DNA of 64,000 bases. It comes from Entomortierella parvispora E1425. Its lineage: Eukaryota > Fungi > Mortierellomycota. The stretch spans positions 1,488,001 through 1,552,000 of the forward strand of contig BQFW01000014.1 in assembly GCA_020891255.1 (NCBI GenBank), given 5' to 3'. The notes under the pieces were generated by a model. That model worked only from the letters and a program-made list of their open reading frames with translations. It did not search any database and was not told the DNA's origin. Made by a program: the position numbers and the translations under genes. Shown here in pieces: positions 39,017 to 51,974 of the stretch; position 1 is the first letter of the stretch, and every line of letters starts with the position of its first letter.

Positions 39017-42000
39017 TTAGGGATATCCTCCAGAGCTCCAAGTTGTTGCATGCTGGCCCTGGTATTGCTGCTGCTGCTGCTGGTACTGCTGTTGATGTTG
39101 ATGTTGATGCTGCTCCTGACTATCTTGGTCCTCGCTCTCATCCAAAGGCACCTGAACCTGAGGATAAGGCTGAGTGGAAGGTGAGTATGGATGCGTTGGG
39201 TATGCTGGGTAAATTTGCTGATGGGAGAATCGAGGGGAAGGTCTCTGAGGAATGGGCGGCGCTTGCTGGTGCTGAGGCGACGCTGTTTGCTGCCAAGGTG
39301 GCGGGACACCCTGACTAAAGTGCAGATCCACAGGAGTACCAGAGGGGCTCAACGGTGACCCTGCTATGGCAGTGTTTGGATGCGTATGACTGGCGAGCAC
39401 TGCAGGTCCCGAACCATTGGTGGACAGGACAGGCTGCAAGACCGGGGACATCAGATGCGTCGAAGATGAAGGCGATTGGGGGTAAATCTGAGAGTGGGGG
39501 CGTTGACCCAAACCCAGCTTGCTGCTCAGGTTGTACTCTTTCGGGTCCAAAAGCCCGTTGCCGGTCTTGACCGTGGGAGTGGGAGCACACTGCTGCAACT
39601 TGACAATCTGACGGACCTCGCCATTGTTGGGATCGGACATCAAGAGCTGAATGACAGCATTGCCATTAAAGTCCACTGAGGAGTAGAGCTTTCGGATATT
39701 GTCACCCAAGATTAATTGCTCCAGAGCACCGGTTTCGATATGTCGAATCTCGATCAACCCCGTCTCAAACGCCACAATGTAAGGATACGCCAGTGCAAAC
39801 GACTCTGGGCGACCCTCCCATTCAATTAGTTCCTTCTTGGCCAACTCGCCCTTCTTGGTCATCAAGAATGCGAAGTCTATACCATAAAAACAGAACCAGG
39901 GTCAGTCAGGTTACTTTGGAAATAAAGAAAAGAAAATTATTGTTTCATAATGCACTTCAAACTTACCCCGATAGCACATCAAGAAGCCATCTGCTTTGAT
40001 CCTGAACATGCTCACTGGAGTACTGGGGCGCGAGTCCAAGAAGGCATAGCTGGGGTCTCCCTTCAGAGGGAACACCTGGGTATTGTTCAGGTTCTCCAGC
40101 ATCAAGACTTCGAAACCCTTTTGGCAGACGACACAGACCATCTTGGCCAACATCAACAACTGAGACGAGTCGGTGCCCACGTAGAATCGCTTGTACAGTT
40201 TGAACCATTCAGACTTGTTGGACTTTCCGAACGAAAGACTGAACCCTCCGCGATGACTACCACCCAAGACAGCATTCTCCACTGGCTCAAAGGCCGAGAA
40301 GTGACTCTCGCCAGCATTCTTCTTCTTCATGGTGATGACCAAGGTCTTGCCTACACATGTACCAGCGGAAAAGTACTGGACGCTCTTGCCCAGTTGTTGG
40401 CCAATCTGAAGCGATTTTTCAGAATTGGGATCCAAACAGCTCAAGTTGAACGCCTTCAGGACCTTGCCACTCAGGACAAGCAAGATGTGGTACGCCTCCA
40501 AGACACTGACTTGACTGACCATCAACTCGTTCAATGCCAGTCGGAAACTGTATGGGTCATCCTCCATACCTACAAAGACGCCATCCTCTGTTCCAATCAC
40601 GACTCGTCGCTTGCCATCCAAGACGTTCAAGTAAGGTGCAGAGCAAGTGACACGTCGGCCATCCAAAGGATTATGAACCAAGTTGGCGGCGGGGATAGGT
40701 GGGGCTGCGTTCATATGTGTAATGACGCCAGTCTTGAACAGGTGGGATCCAGATACGGCCTCCTGGCGACGCGCCTGCGCAATCTCCATTTGCTCCAAAA
40801 ACTGGTCCCTGTCTGCAGATGTCATGTAGAGGGTATAGACACCTCCACGACGGCCTCGATGCTCAATTGTCACAGGCGCAGTATATTTCGTGTCCTGGAA
40901 TCCCAATCGATAAGCAGCCTCATGTTGATGACCACCGACGATGGACTGACGATGTCCAGAACCCGTTGATTTCGTGGAATTGGACAACTTCTTGCCCTGA
41001 ACTGGCTCTCGTCCATTCAAAACCGACACGGGCTTGCCATCATCAGGCCAGACATGGATGAGCTCGAGCGGAATAGGCTAAGAAGGCGATCGTAATACAG
41101 TTTGCGGTTAGTTCACTGTTTTGAAATACAATACTATTAGAGCCATTCTCAAAGCTAATTTCTTTTCCCTTACATTTTTCGATATTTGATACACAGACCC
41201 GTCCTCGCCGCTCAGCTTGTCTCGCTTTTCCTTGGTCATTAATAGTAAATGATCAAAAAGAAAGACGCGGAGTTCGATAATTTGGACATCAAAGTTCGCT
41301 CGTCTCTTGACCAAGCACTCAAAGTGCAGCTTTCTCGATTTCTCAGAGAGCTTCAGGTCTTGGTGGCATTCTCCAGACTTCCAATAGATTTTGTCTTGAA
41401 CTGAGAGCAATCGAACATGACGGTGTCCCTCCGGAATGCCAGCATCCACTTTCTTTCCAAGCTCTGTACAAACTCGAATGACCTCCTGGACGGTCTCCCT
41501 GTCCGGAACGTCCTCATCGGTTCTCTTGACAATCTCGCTGAGCAAAAGCGGGTAGCGAGGAACGCGCTGGTAGGGCTGTCCAATAAAGTGGCGAAGACCA
41601 AGACGACGGGCCTCGGGATGGCGTGTGCAATCCTTGAGGAACTGGGCAAACCTGGGGTTTCTGGCTTCCTCTCTCTTGTAGGTAAACTCTGAGATCACAA
41701 TTCTGGAGATGAATCGAATGTACGCCCGCTCAAATCCAGCGATATGGGCAAGCAGGACATCACCAATAGACTCGACCAAGGGCTGCTCCTCTTGACGGAC
41801 GCGTAAATCCGCGAGAAGTCTTTTGTTCAGGGCCAAGAGTTCCTGAAAGTTCAAGAAGACATCCTCGATCAATTCCTCCAAGCGCTCCGGTTCAATAATG
41901 TCACTAGCACGCAGTGGAGTGATGAAAATCTAGATCAATCCAAAGAAAGAGTCGTAAACAGGTCAGCTTTCAGGTCATTGGGGTCTAATCTTGTGTATGA

Positions 42001-43909
42001 TCCAAACACACACGTACCTCCTCCAGCAACTCCAGGTCGCGGACATAGTTGTGCTCAGTCTGGATAACCTCAAAGATAGCCTCCTGTCGGTTGCGTTCCT
42101 TCTTGGACGCGGCAGCGACAACGCTTGCAGGGACAGAGTTGGCCCAGACCTTCTCCTGAGAGCTCAAAGCGGACATTTCACTATTGTGCCTGCCCAGCAC
42201 CTGCGACTGTTTCATGAAACGAGAGGCAAAAAATTTGTCAGTGTGCAGTCTGCAGTGTGCTATCCGCGATCCGCATTGCGCTGATTGCAGCAATACATTA
42301 GCTGCATGATGTCACATGTCGGTCAATTTCAGTCAAGGCACACGTACGATATTCTGGCGATTGGGACACAGGTACGAGTAACAGGGGGTTCCACCTGGTT
42401 GGCAGTTGTAACTGTAGCAAGGGGTGGTGTAGGGGAACACACCGACCGGTGCAGATGGAAACTCTGTCCTGCCAGGGATAAATGCCAATGTCGCCTCCGT
42501 GAAAAAGTACTGGTCATTGTTGGAGTCGAACATTGCATTGATACCACCTCCAAAGAAGAGGCCCTGCTGCTCCATCGACCGGGCAATGGCAAGGGCATGT
42601 CTCCTATCGTCGAGCTTGGTCAGTTCCACAATCACATCCTATTGACAAGAGAACGGTCAGTCAATGATGATCCGTGGTAAATGACAAATCAAAACAAACA
42701 AAAGAAAAAGAAAAAGAAAAAAAAAAAAAAGGCGCAAGTCGACTCTGACAGGGCAGTGCCACCTACCACAGCCTCCTTTCCTGTGAATGTGACAGGAAAC
42801 TCGAGTCCATAACTTGCAGATTCCAAGCGCTTGGACTCGTTCTGCAGCATCTTTTCGCGGAAGGCGACGGCGATGGTCGAGAGAATACCGCCGTTGAAGT
42901 CTATCAAGAGTCGGGCCGCCTCTGATAATGAGCCGCTGTCTTGACTGTCGAAATCTCCATTCTCGTGGATGGCGCCTTGGTGGGCAGTGTAGGGTGAAGG
43001 TGGGAATCCTGGAGAAGAGGGTTGACTCCATGCAGTTTGAACAGTCGAAGAGCCGGTCGAGGTCCTGTAGAGCTGGCTCACAGAGCTAGCAGAAGGCGAC
43101 TGTTGAGGAAAGCCATGACCTTCTGCAAAGGGGTACTGAGGTTGCTGTAGCTGGGGAAGATGCTCATGCGACTGGTACGCCTGGTACGCCTGTGCATTCG
43201 GGGTATAGCTTCCTGATGATTGAGGAGGGTACTGCTGCTGCTGTTGTTGATGCTGATGCTGATAACCAACAGAAGATTGATCCTGCTGCCTTTGCCGAGG
43301 AGGGGAGGCAATGTTGAGACTTGAGACGTCGTTTTGGAGATCCTGGTTCGAAAGGTTCATATCTTGCCTATAGTTGGATTGAAATGATCTTCTGGGCTCG
43401 CCCTCCTCCTCGTTGACCTGAGCAAGCTTGTAAACAGACGAAGGCTGTTGTGTCGGTGTTCTGTACATGATCGAGTCCCTTGAAGAAACTGAGCCAATGC
43501 TGCCCACGGAAGAAAGCTGGTCCGTCGACCGTCTTGCAGCTGCAGATGAACCTACTGCTGCTCCAGCTGACCCTTGAGCGTACTGTGGTTGATATGATTG
43601 CGAGTGTGGCGACGGTTGGAAAGACGACGGCTGATACTCCTGTTGCATGGGTGATGGGTGTTGGTGCTGGATAGGAGGCAGGGGGTACAAATTGGATCCG
43701 TTCAAACTGTGAGCAAGTCCCTGGTCGTCTGCAGAGGTGCCGTTGGTGGCCGGTCTGCGGATGCTCTGCATCCTGTCTTTCTTTGAGGCCGAGGGCACGT
43801 ATGAGCTGGTGGGTTTGTATGCGACAGGGGCCAGGGGATTGATCCGGTTGGAACCGTTGCCGTTGGGGCCTGGGCCACCCTGGGTGGGTGGGGTCGTGTA
43901 TGAAGCCAT
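39017..43909 (-). CDS. Rho1 GEF Rom1/Rom2-like (DEP-DH-PH-CNH), multi-exon
   Basis: DEP (FTGKEAV ... ARSMEQQGLF), DH (ERNRQEAIFEVIQTEHNYVRDLE; PYQRVPRYPLLL), PH (VFLFDHLLLMTK), CNH (VVIGTEDGVF; PESFALAYPYIVAFE). Confidence 0.92.
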
Positions 43910-45505
43910 GAAATGAAGAGAGCACACGAAAGGGAAGGAAAGGAAGGGCGACTCTTTGGGTCCCGGGTCGGTCAGGTTTAGTTTACGCTAGTCTATCAGT
44001 CTGTCAGGCTGCTCAGAGGGAGAAAAGGAAAAAAGAACGGATGGGTTAGATGCGGCAGAATTGAAGAGAGGCACGGATGGGAAAGAATGTGTAGAGAAAG
44101 AGAGAGCCTACAAGGACCAGCGGAGAAGGGCAAGGAGGGAGGGATGAGAAGGCAATGCTAGCAATGCCATGCAAGACGAGAAAGAGAAGACGAAAAAAAG
44201 AACAATGGGATGGAGAGACACAAGGTTGGGGGAGCGGGAAAATACAGCAAAGGCCGAGATGTGCGGGGGACTATATAGCTGGCTGGAGAAGGACGGATGT
44301 TTCGGTTGTGTTTCTGGAGCAAGAGAGATGGATGCAGACAGGAAGGAAGGAGGAAGAGATGTGGCATGCGCACAATGCAGCAGCCATATAATGATGACAA
44401 AAAAAAAAAAAAAATAAAAAAAAAAGTATTCACAAACACAGCGCAAAAACAAAAGCAAAAGCAAGAGGAAAAGCACGAGCACGAGCACGAGCAAAGCGCA
44501 GTTGTGGAGTCATCAGTCAGTTTCAGTACCTCTGTTGGAGGAAAGGATGCAGTGCGAGTAGAGGGAATGGATGGAGGAGAGAAGAGAAGAGAAGAAAAGA
44601 GAGAGAAGAGAAGAGAGAGCGAGAGAGGGAGGATGGCGAGAATGGAGAGTAGACAAGAATGAAGGAAGCAGGGAGGAGTGAGTGAGAGAGAGAGAGAGAA
44701 AGAGAGAGAAAGAGGAGAGGAGAGAGAAGAGAGAAGGGAAGAGAGCAAAGGGAAAAGGAAAAGAGAGAAAGGACAAAGACGACCCTCCCAGAGACAAGAC
44801 TAGAGTAGAGATGCACACAAACAGACAACAATCGATGCAACAATCTGGTCCCATGGGGGGTGGGTGCCACGAGAAGAGAGAGAGGGGAGGGGAGTGGAGT
44901 GGAGTGGGACACACCCAAAGTGAGACTCTGCAGCCTTGGATGCATGTATGAATGTAGAATGTAGACTATGAATGTATGAATGAATGAATGACGGCCACGC
45001 ACAAAAGACACAGCCCTGCCCCTGGCTTCTTTTTTTTTTTTTTTTTTTTTTTTTTTTGATTCTTCTTTCCTCCGCGGAAGAGACGGTGTGTGTGTCCATG
45101 GCTCATGGCTGTGTTGTTTCTAGGGCGTCTTTCCTGTCGCAATGCAATGTCCTTCTTCTTAATTGTCGATACTTCTTACTCGCTAGAGTCAGTTCTGTTC
45201 AGTTCAGTTCCCTTGTCGATCGACCGATCCCATCCATCCCCATGGTCCCTTGTCGGGAACAAACACAACACCGACCAAAAGAGAGAAGCAGCAAGCGACA
45301 CCACCACGGTGACTGGCTGGATCAGACTCTTTTTTTTTTTTTTTTTTTCGTTCTTTCTCTGTCCTTCCTTCTCCTTCTCCCTTCTCCTTGTCTCTCTACT
45401 CTACCTACAGCCACCCCCTCCCGTCTCTTTTTCTCTCATTCTCTCATTCTCGCTCATCCTCATCCTCATCTGCATCCTCATCTGCATCCTCATCTGCATC
45501 CAGCC

Positions 45506-46662
45506 ATGGCAAACAACCACGACGAAGACACCGAATGGAACGACATCCTCCGCGCAAAGGGCATCATCCCTCAGAAGGAGGGCCAGATTACAGAGGCCGA
45601 CATCATCGACATGATTGACGAGGCCATCCTCAAACGCGATGCTAAAAACTATGAACAAAAGACTGTCGACGAGCTGGACGAACTGTTGGAAGAGGGCGGC
45701 GAGGAAGAGGAGCGCATGTTGATGGAATACAGGTACTGGACGGGAATGGATACATTCATGTCTCGTCTCCCCATGGGAAGGCACAAGCTCCTGGACTGAC
45801 CTTCCTTTCCCTTTTTTTTTTTTACACTACGACAGACAACAACGCTTGAACCAGATGCGTCAGGAAATGTCCGAAGACAAGTTTGGAGAGATTCAACATA
45901 TCTACAAGACTGACTTTATTCGGGAAGTATCTGACGCCAGCAAGGACGTCTGGGTCGTCGCCTTTCTCTACAAGGAATCGTATGTTTTTGTTTGTGTCGT
46001 TTTCAATGTCGCGTCGTGTCGCTTTCATGTTGTTGGTATGTCCTCTGACTGGGGGTATGCTTCCCTCCCTCCTTACCATGTCGACCTTTTAGAATCCCCG
46101 TGTGCAAGCTGATGGGTGCCCATTTGGCAACGGTGGCGGCCAGGAACAAATCGACAAAGTTTGTCAAGATCATTGGCGATCAGTGCATTCCCAACTATCC
46201 CGATCGCAACTTGCCCACGCTACTGATCTATGGCCACGGAGACGTCAAAGCTCAGCTCGTGGGCGCTTCTCAATTAGGAGGCTTGAACATGAAGCCCGAA
46301 GGTAAAAAATAGAAAAAAGAATATGCATATGGGAAAAAATAGGATTGCATGGATCGACCCATAATTAACCTTCTTGACTGATAAATTAATTTTGTGTTAT
46401 TCCCTTTCTCGCCCTGCCAGATATCGAGGCCTACCTTCGTCGCGTGGGTGCAATCAAGCTTCCCGAGTCAAGGTCATCGAAAACAGAAGAGGTATGAGAG
46501 TCTGTGTGCCGGAGCCAGTAGATCTTGGGAATATATGATGTTGACTTCAGTACCCCTGACGCGCGTACTATCTTTTCGTTATAGGTCAAGCAGTCTTCCA
46601 TTCGAAGCTCTGCTATTGCAGCTCTCAGTGACGACGATGAATACGATAGCGATGAATACTAG
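45506..46662 (+). CDS. PLP2: Phosducin-like protein 2 (PhLP2/PDCL3), CCT co-chaperone
   Basis: EDTEWNDILRAKGIIP, KFGEIQHI, CIPNYPDRNLPTLLIY, acidic C-terminus DDDEYDSDEY. Confidence 0.92.
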
Positions 46663-47539
46663 AATAATACAGCTCAATCTACTTTACCTTACTCAAATGA
46701 TCTGGATCGATTTTGGCGTTGTTCTCTCTTTCTTTTTCACCTGGTACATGGACGTGATTGTGAGAAAAGGCTCGGATTGGATTGGTTAGCCTCTTCATTT
46801 GTCTGTTGGAGCTACGGGGCGATCTGGACAGACTGCTCAGTCCCTGCTCTTCGTGGATAAAGTGAGCACGAGTTTGATCCGCAAACACCATCATTAAAGA
46901 TATGAAGAGTGTGTTTGTCTCCAATTTAGTGGGACACAAAACACCCTGCTGAAAGGATATGTTTGAGACTCCAGCAATAGTAGATATCGACAAGCGAGCT
47001 CTAGCACCCTTATCTCATAGTTTCTCAATCGGGGTATCTGGGGTCCTAAGGGTAAAAGGCTCATGTGGGACATGGACAGCTTTTGGGCACTCGATTTTTT
47101 TTCCCAAAACGAAAAGCAAGCGTCTGTGTACGCTTGGTGATATTGCTCTTGGATGAAAAGCAGGAGAGAAAGGCATAGGGTAAACCACATACTTGTATCC
47201 AACTGAGGCCGAGAGGGATGGTGTATTGACCTTGTCTGTGATACATGTCAGCCACTGAAAAGATATAAGAAAGCAAAATGCAACTTCAAATTTGAACCAC
47301 TGGCAAATTCTGTGAAATTTGCACCTCTGAATACGTGTAACAAACACAGTGGGAGAAGAGAAACTCGATGGCTTCTATCAGTGAGCTTGAAACAAGCGAG
47401 TGGCAACCACACAGGGGGATGTCAAGAGGATTTAGGATAAATACCCTCCCCTCTTTCCGTTCCTCTTTCATTCTCACCCACCTCTTCCAACTGCCGCCCA
47501 TCTTCCCGTCTCCTCTCCTCAATCTATCCATATCATACC

Positions 47540-48745
47540 ATGGTGCAAACTCAATTTCACCATTACATCCCAAGATTCATTCTCAAAACCTTTGCGGACA
47601 ACTTTTCGCTTAGCAACAGTGGGTTCACTTTGGACACTACGGGCCCCTACCCCTCATCGTTCAAGGAGGGAAAACCTAGCAAACTCAGGCGCAAAGAGCG
47701 GCCCAGATACGCTATCAATGTGTACCGAGTCAAGGACCTTACCAGCAGTCTGGTTGACGTCTCCAAAGTGTACGGTGTCGATGACATGTACCGGGATGTG
47801 AACGAGGCAGACTGCATGAAGTTTGAGAAGCTTCTTGGCCGTCACGAATGCGCTTCTGCAGCATTTATACGACAGATGTGGGATAAGGACCAGGACCTTT
47901 CGTTGACTCGAGCTTAACTTGGGGACATAAAGAAGTTTCTTATTGTGATGATGTTCCGCAACGATCAGCGTAGACTTCAATACTCCAGCAACACATTCGA
48001 TTTCATAACCGCGATTTCTGTCAAAAAGCATATGGAGCGCAACAACATCCCGAACACTCAAACCCTCTGGTTCAAGGACCTCAAATGGATCATCCAAGCT
48101 TCTTCTCAGGACATCGCCACGGAATATGTAGAGATGGTTAAGGCAGTAGGCACTTCGGGACAGTTAACATCATACCAGGGACCGATCCTCAGCGCCTCGA
48201 TGCAGGACTTTGGATACTTGGTGGCATCCACAATTACTTGCATGTGGCAAGCGGAAGAGGGATCGGAATTTATTTTATCGGACAGTTGCTTTGGATCTTG
48301 GGAAGGCGGTCCTGGCTACTGGCTACACAACTTCTTTATCGTCTCGCCCCGAATGGCGATCGTTTTGGTCAGTAAAATGTACATGGAAGGGAGATATCTA
48401 GGTAACTCTCCCGGGACCTCAATGTTTGAGGATAGCCTTCACGATTTCCCAGAGACCGACTACAAGAACGGACCTCCTCCCAGGGGTTTCGATCGCGCGA
48501 CCCATTTCACGCCGGATGACGTATTTAAATACAAGAGGATTATCGTCCCCAAGAAAACCGTTTACAAGGTCAACTCGATCATATTGGACAATGCACGCGA
48601 GTCATTGACGTACAAGTGTAGCGCTTCCATGTTGAAGACCCTGCGCTATTACGACAAAGTCAAGGCAGAGCTATTTCATGAATTTCGCGAATACCCCAAG
48701 CTTCGACGTAAACTCTTTATGGAACTCAATAGGACCCATTCGTAA
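47540..48745 (+). pseudogene. Intronless DUF4238-family gene interrupted by one in-frame TAA (47915-47917)
   Basis: N-terminal motif FHHYIPRFILKTF matches the DUF4238 H-Y-[IV]-P-x-F-x-L start; ORFs 47540..47917 and 47945..48745 share one frame (LSLTRA*LGDIKKFLIVMMFRN). Confidence 0.72.
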
Positions 48746-48766
48746 ACCAAGGAACATGATCACTCC

Positions 48767-48798
<32 letters not shown>

Positions 48799-49112
48799 TG
48801 ACAAAAAGCTCTCTGGAACCCTCGGTCGTCTCCTTTACATTGTAGAGATAGGGTCGAGCAAAACGAGTCATTTCTTATTCCCTTTAATACGAGTTTCTTT
48901 AATTGCGATGCCTCCTCGGTTGGCTCGAGAGTGGGAACACAATGGCCGCAGCCGGTGCACCCGATCTGAAGAAGATGTTCGTTGGGTCCGCATGGCTGTC
49001 TACTGCAAGGCTGGAGAGTGCTACACAATGCGGCGCATGGTATGGCGTCAACAGCGTAGAGTCCAATGAGGACGATGAGCATCGCGCATACAGAGAGGAT
49101 CTGGAGCTTCAT
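48726..49112 (-). CDS. Small secreted cysteine-rich protein (3' end uncertain)
   Basis: ATG at 49112; signal peptide MKLQILSVCAMLIVLIGLYAVDA; mature IPCAALCSTLQPCSRQPCGPNEHLLQIGCTGCGHCVP with 7 Cys in about 35 aa. Confidence 0.6.
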
Positions 49113-49481
49113 TCTGCAAGTCAATTATGGGGAAAAAAAACTGCACGCTATTACCTTGACAGAGATAAGGATGTGTTACTTGGGGATAAGCATGGCAGCG
49201 CCGATCGACATCAATATATGTGTACAAGATCAACCACAACGACTGACAATCATTCCTGTTCCTCCTTCTCCGGTTGAGAAAAAAAGATCTTCGTTTCGCG
49301 TTTTTTTTTTTGTAAGGGGACTCGTGAAGGGGAGCGAGGAGGGTATAAGGACTTGGGTCATTGAGCTTGGAGTGGAATACAAGACCGGCTTGATTCTGCT
49401 TCGATGTTGCTTCTGAGAGATAGGTGTACATGGAAGGAACAAGAAGAAGGAAGAAGAGAAGGAGGGGGAGGGAATCCGCGA

Positions 49482-50974
49482 CTATTGTCCATTGCCATTC
49501 AAGATCAGATCCTGGATCATCTTTGTTCGTTGTTTCTTGTCTGCCAGCGATATAGAGTTCTGAGAGCCGTGGTGACCCTGGCGTGGACACGTCAAGACAG
49601 CAGGTAGGGGTGCAGGCATTATTTTGCTCCCGTACGCGTACGCGGCTGATGCAGCAGGAGGTCGGGTTGGGGCAATGTCGACGTTGGCGTTGACCGCCGA
49701 AGCAGCTGTTATCGGGGAAATAGGTGATGGACTCAATGCAGAGGATCCTGTGTTGGAAGAAAAGGCCAAGACCGCCGTCTTGGATGGATTCGATGCTGCC
49801 CTCAATCGCCCGGCTGTTGCATCTGTGGCATTAGCACTTGGAGGCTCATGATCCTCTGGTAACACCGAGGACTCAAAGCCAGCGAACGGATCTGGATGAG
49901 CTACCATGTTCAGCTCTAGGTCATGGTCGTAGGCTCCATATCCTCTTTTCTTGTCATAGTTGTTCTGTCCTGATCGAGGAAACCAACTCCGGCTAGATTT
50001 GGCGACTTGCGAGGACCGGTCTTCTTCCTTGAACATGCCATGATGGTGGGCCAAGGAATCCATGCCTGGTACATTCCTGTTCTTTCTCGCCCTGTACATG
50101 ATAAACAAGACAAGACCTATAACCACCACCGCCAAAGCCGCCAAACCGCTCGAGATCAGAGTGATCTTGTTTGTCGAAGGTGAGGTAGGATTGGAAGCTC
50201 CATCGGGCAGAGGGATTGCCTTTGGGCCACGGATTCCTTCGTTAGGAGGAGTGGGAGGAGGAGGCGGATCCCCCCAAGAACCAGTATCCAGATCGTAGGA
50301 TTCTTTCAAGCCTCCTTTTTCTCATTGTCCGGCTTCCGCTGGAACACCCCTTTCTCCCCGATGAGGACCTGGACTCGGGAGACCAGGGGCAGCGCTTTCT
50401 GGCGGTAGTGACCGGTTCAACGTCATGGAAGGCGAAGGAGATGGTGAAGGAGATGGTGAAAGAGATGGCGGAAGAGATGGTGAAAGAGGTTGTGAAGGCA
50501 AATGGACTTTGTAGAGAGAGTTGTGGGTTCGTCCACCGCAGTCGGCGTGGATGCTTTGAGTTGGAGTGCATTTTGTGGAGCAGGCCTCCTCAGAGTCAGC
50601 TGGGCCATGCTTATTGCTGCTGACATAGAAAAGAAGGTGAAGAGGAGGTAGGAGAGCGAGAGAAAGAGATCGATAGAGAGTGAAGTAGAGAGGAAGTGAA
50701 AGAGATGATTGTTGTGAGTCTCCAGTCCTTTTTTTTTTCTTTTTTTTTTTTGGTCAATCCCTCTGATGGGGGTGAGCAAAAGGACTTACAACGAGTCTCC
50801 GCAAGTGCAGATGCTCCCGTTCCGAATGGCTGCATTTGTCCGTCCACGAAGAGCACAGTGGGATAGACAGGATTCTGCCGAGGTGATTGTCAAGGGCGCT
50901 TCTCCATACAGATCCGGGTCCAAGGACTTTTCCAGGAAGCAACCCAGGTAAAGAGATGGACGCCCAGCTGCCAT
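49482..50974 (-). pseudogene. WSC-domain single-pass cell-wall sensor-like gene with one in-frame TGA (50322-50324)
   Basis: WSC motif YLGCF...AESCLSHC...AAIRNGSICTCG, GTAAGT..CAG intron (50789-50620), then SEEACSTKC...DCGGRTHNSLY; S/P stalk; TGA; continues in the same frame to TM helix LAALAVVVIGLVLFIMYRARK and cytoplasmic tail. Confidence 0.7.
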
Positions 50975-51974
50975 TCTCGGAGGTTTTTTTGTTAGCTTTT
51001 TTTTCAATTCACTCTTGCTTTCCGCTTGCTTTGACAGTTTGATGATGTCGTTGTTGAGATGGATTGTGGAAAAAGGGAAGAGGGAGAGAGGGGTATAGAA
51101 TAATGGCGGAAACCGAACGAAGAGGTTGAACGAGGAGAAGGCGAGAAGTACGAGAAAGAGACGAAGGGAGAAAGAGAGAGATAGCGAGGGAAAAAGAAGA
51201 GGGTTGTTCAACTCAACTCAATGTCTTCCATCCCAGCAGATGTTTCTCTTTCACAACGACGACACCACATCTCAGTGCGGCGGCCAATGAGTGCACATGT
51301 AGAACACACAGGCAGTGGCCAGAAAAGAGGCCGATGGTGCAAGCCAGCAGGTCCACAGGAGAACGAGGCCAGACGCCTTTGTTTTTGCTTTTTACCTTTG
51401 TCCTCACATCAAAATCAAATAGAAATTTCTGGCTGTTCCTCAGACATCTTGACTTGGGTCTTGCTGAGAGTGAGTGGCGGGCAAGATCGATTTGTTGCGT
51501 TGTGTAAGTTTAACAACAAGCGAAACCGCCGGGAAACGATTGTCGCAGATCTGGTTCCTGGATCAAAGACCTTTTTTTTTTTGGGCGACGATCCTTCAAT
51601 AATGCCCTTAAGTGGCTACGATTCACTTCCCTGGGATTTTGGAGACGCGACAAGATGAAATGAGATGTACCGAGGCCCATGCTGCAGCACAAATAAAAGA
51701 CAACCCCCTTTTCCCCTGGCATTTCACTTTTTTCTTGCTCCATGGCTTGCTTGCGAACATGTCGCAACCCCTCCCCCCCTTGTTGGGAAAATTTTAGAGT
51801 GCCAATCGTTCATTAGGCTATGATATTATTTTCAACACTTGACGAAAATTGGGAGGCCGGAGGCTATGATACAGGAAATAACTATGGAGATGGGGTGTGT
51901 ATATAATATGACGTTTTTTGTGTGGCGTGTAAATGTAGAGGAATAGATGGAATGTATCTTTTCTTTTTTCTTTT

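Noticed and set aside
44040-45500. GA-rich tracts, short repeats and the CATCCT/CATCTG hexamer array before the PLP2 ATG
   Set aside because: Simple-sequence UTR/promoter DNA; no spacer-repeat regularity, so not CRISPR-like or a satellite, and the poly-His reading has no separate start.
47915-50324. Genetic-code reassignment or A-to-I editing as the explanation for the in-frame stops
   Set aside because: TAA, TAG and TGA all serve as normal terminators elsewhere in the window; stop-correcting A-to-I editing is known from filamentous ascomycetes and does not suit a TAA at a likely Gln position.
50423-50620. His-rich amphipathic reading HNLFHHLFRHLFHHLLHHLL resembling an antimicrobial peptide
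   Set aside because: Alternative frame of the SPSLPPSLSPSPSP stalk of the WSC gene; splice phase supports the WSC frame.
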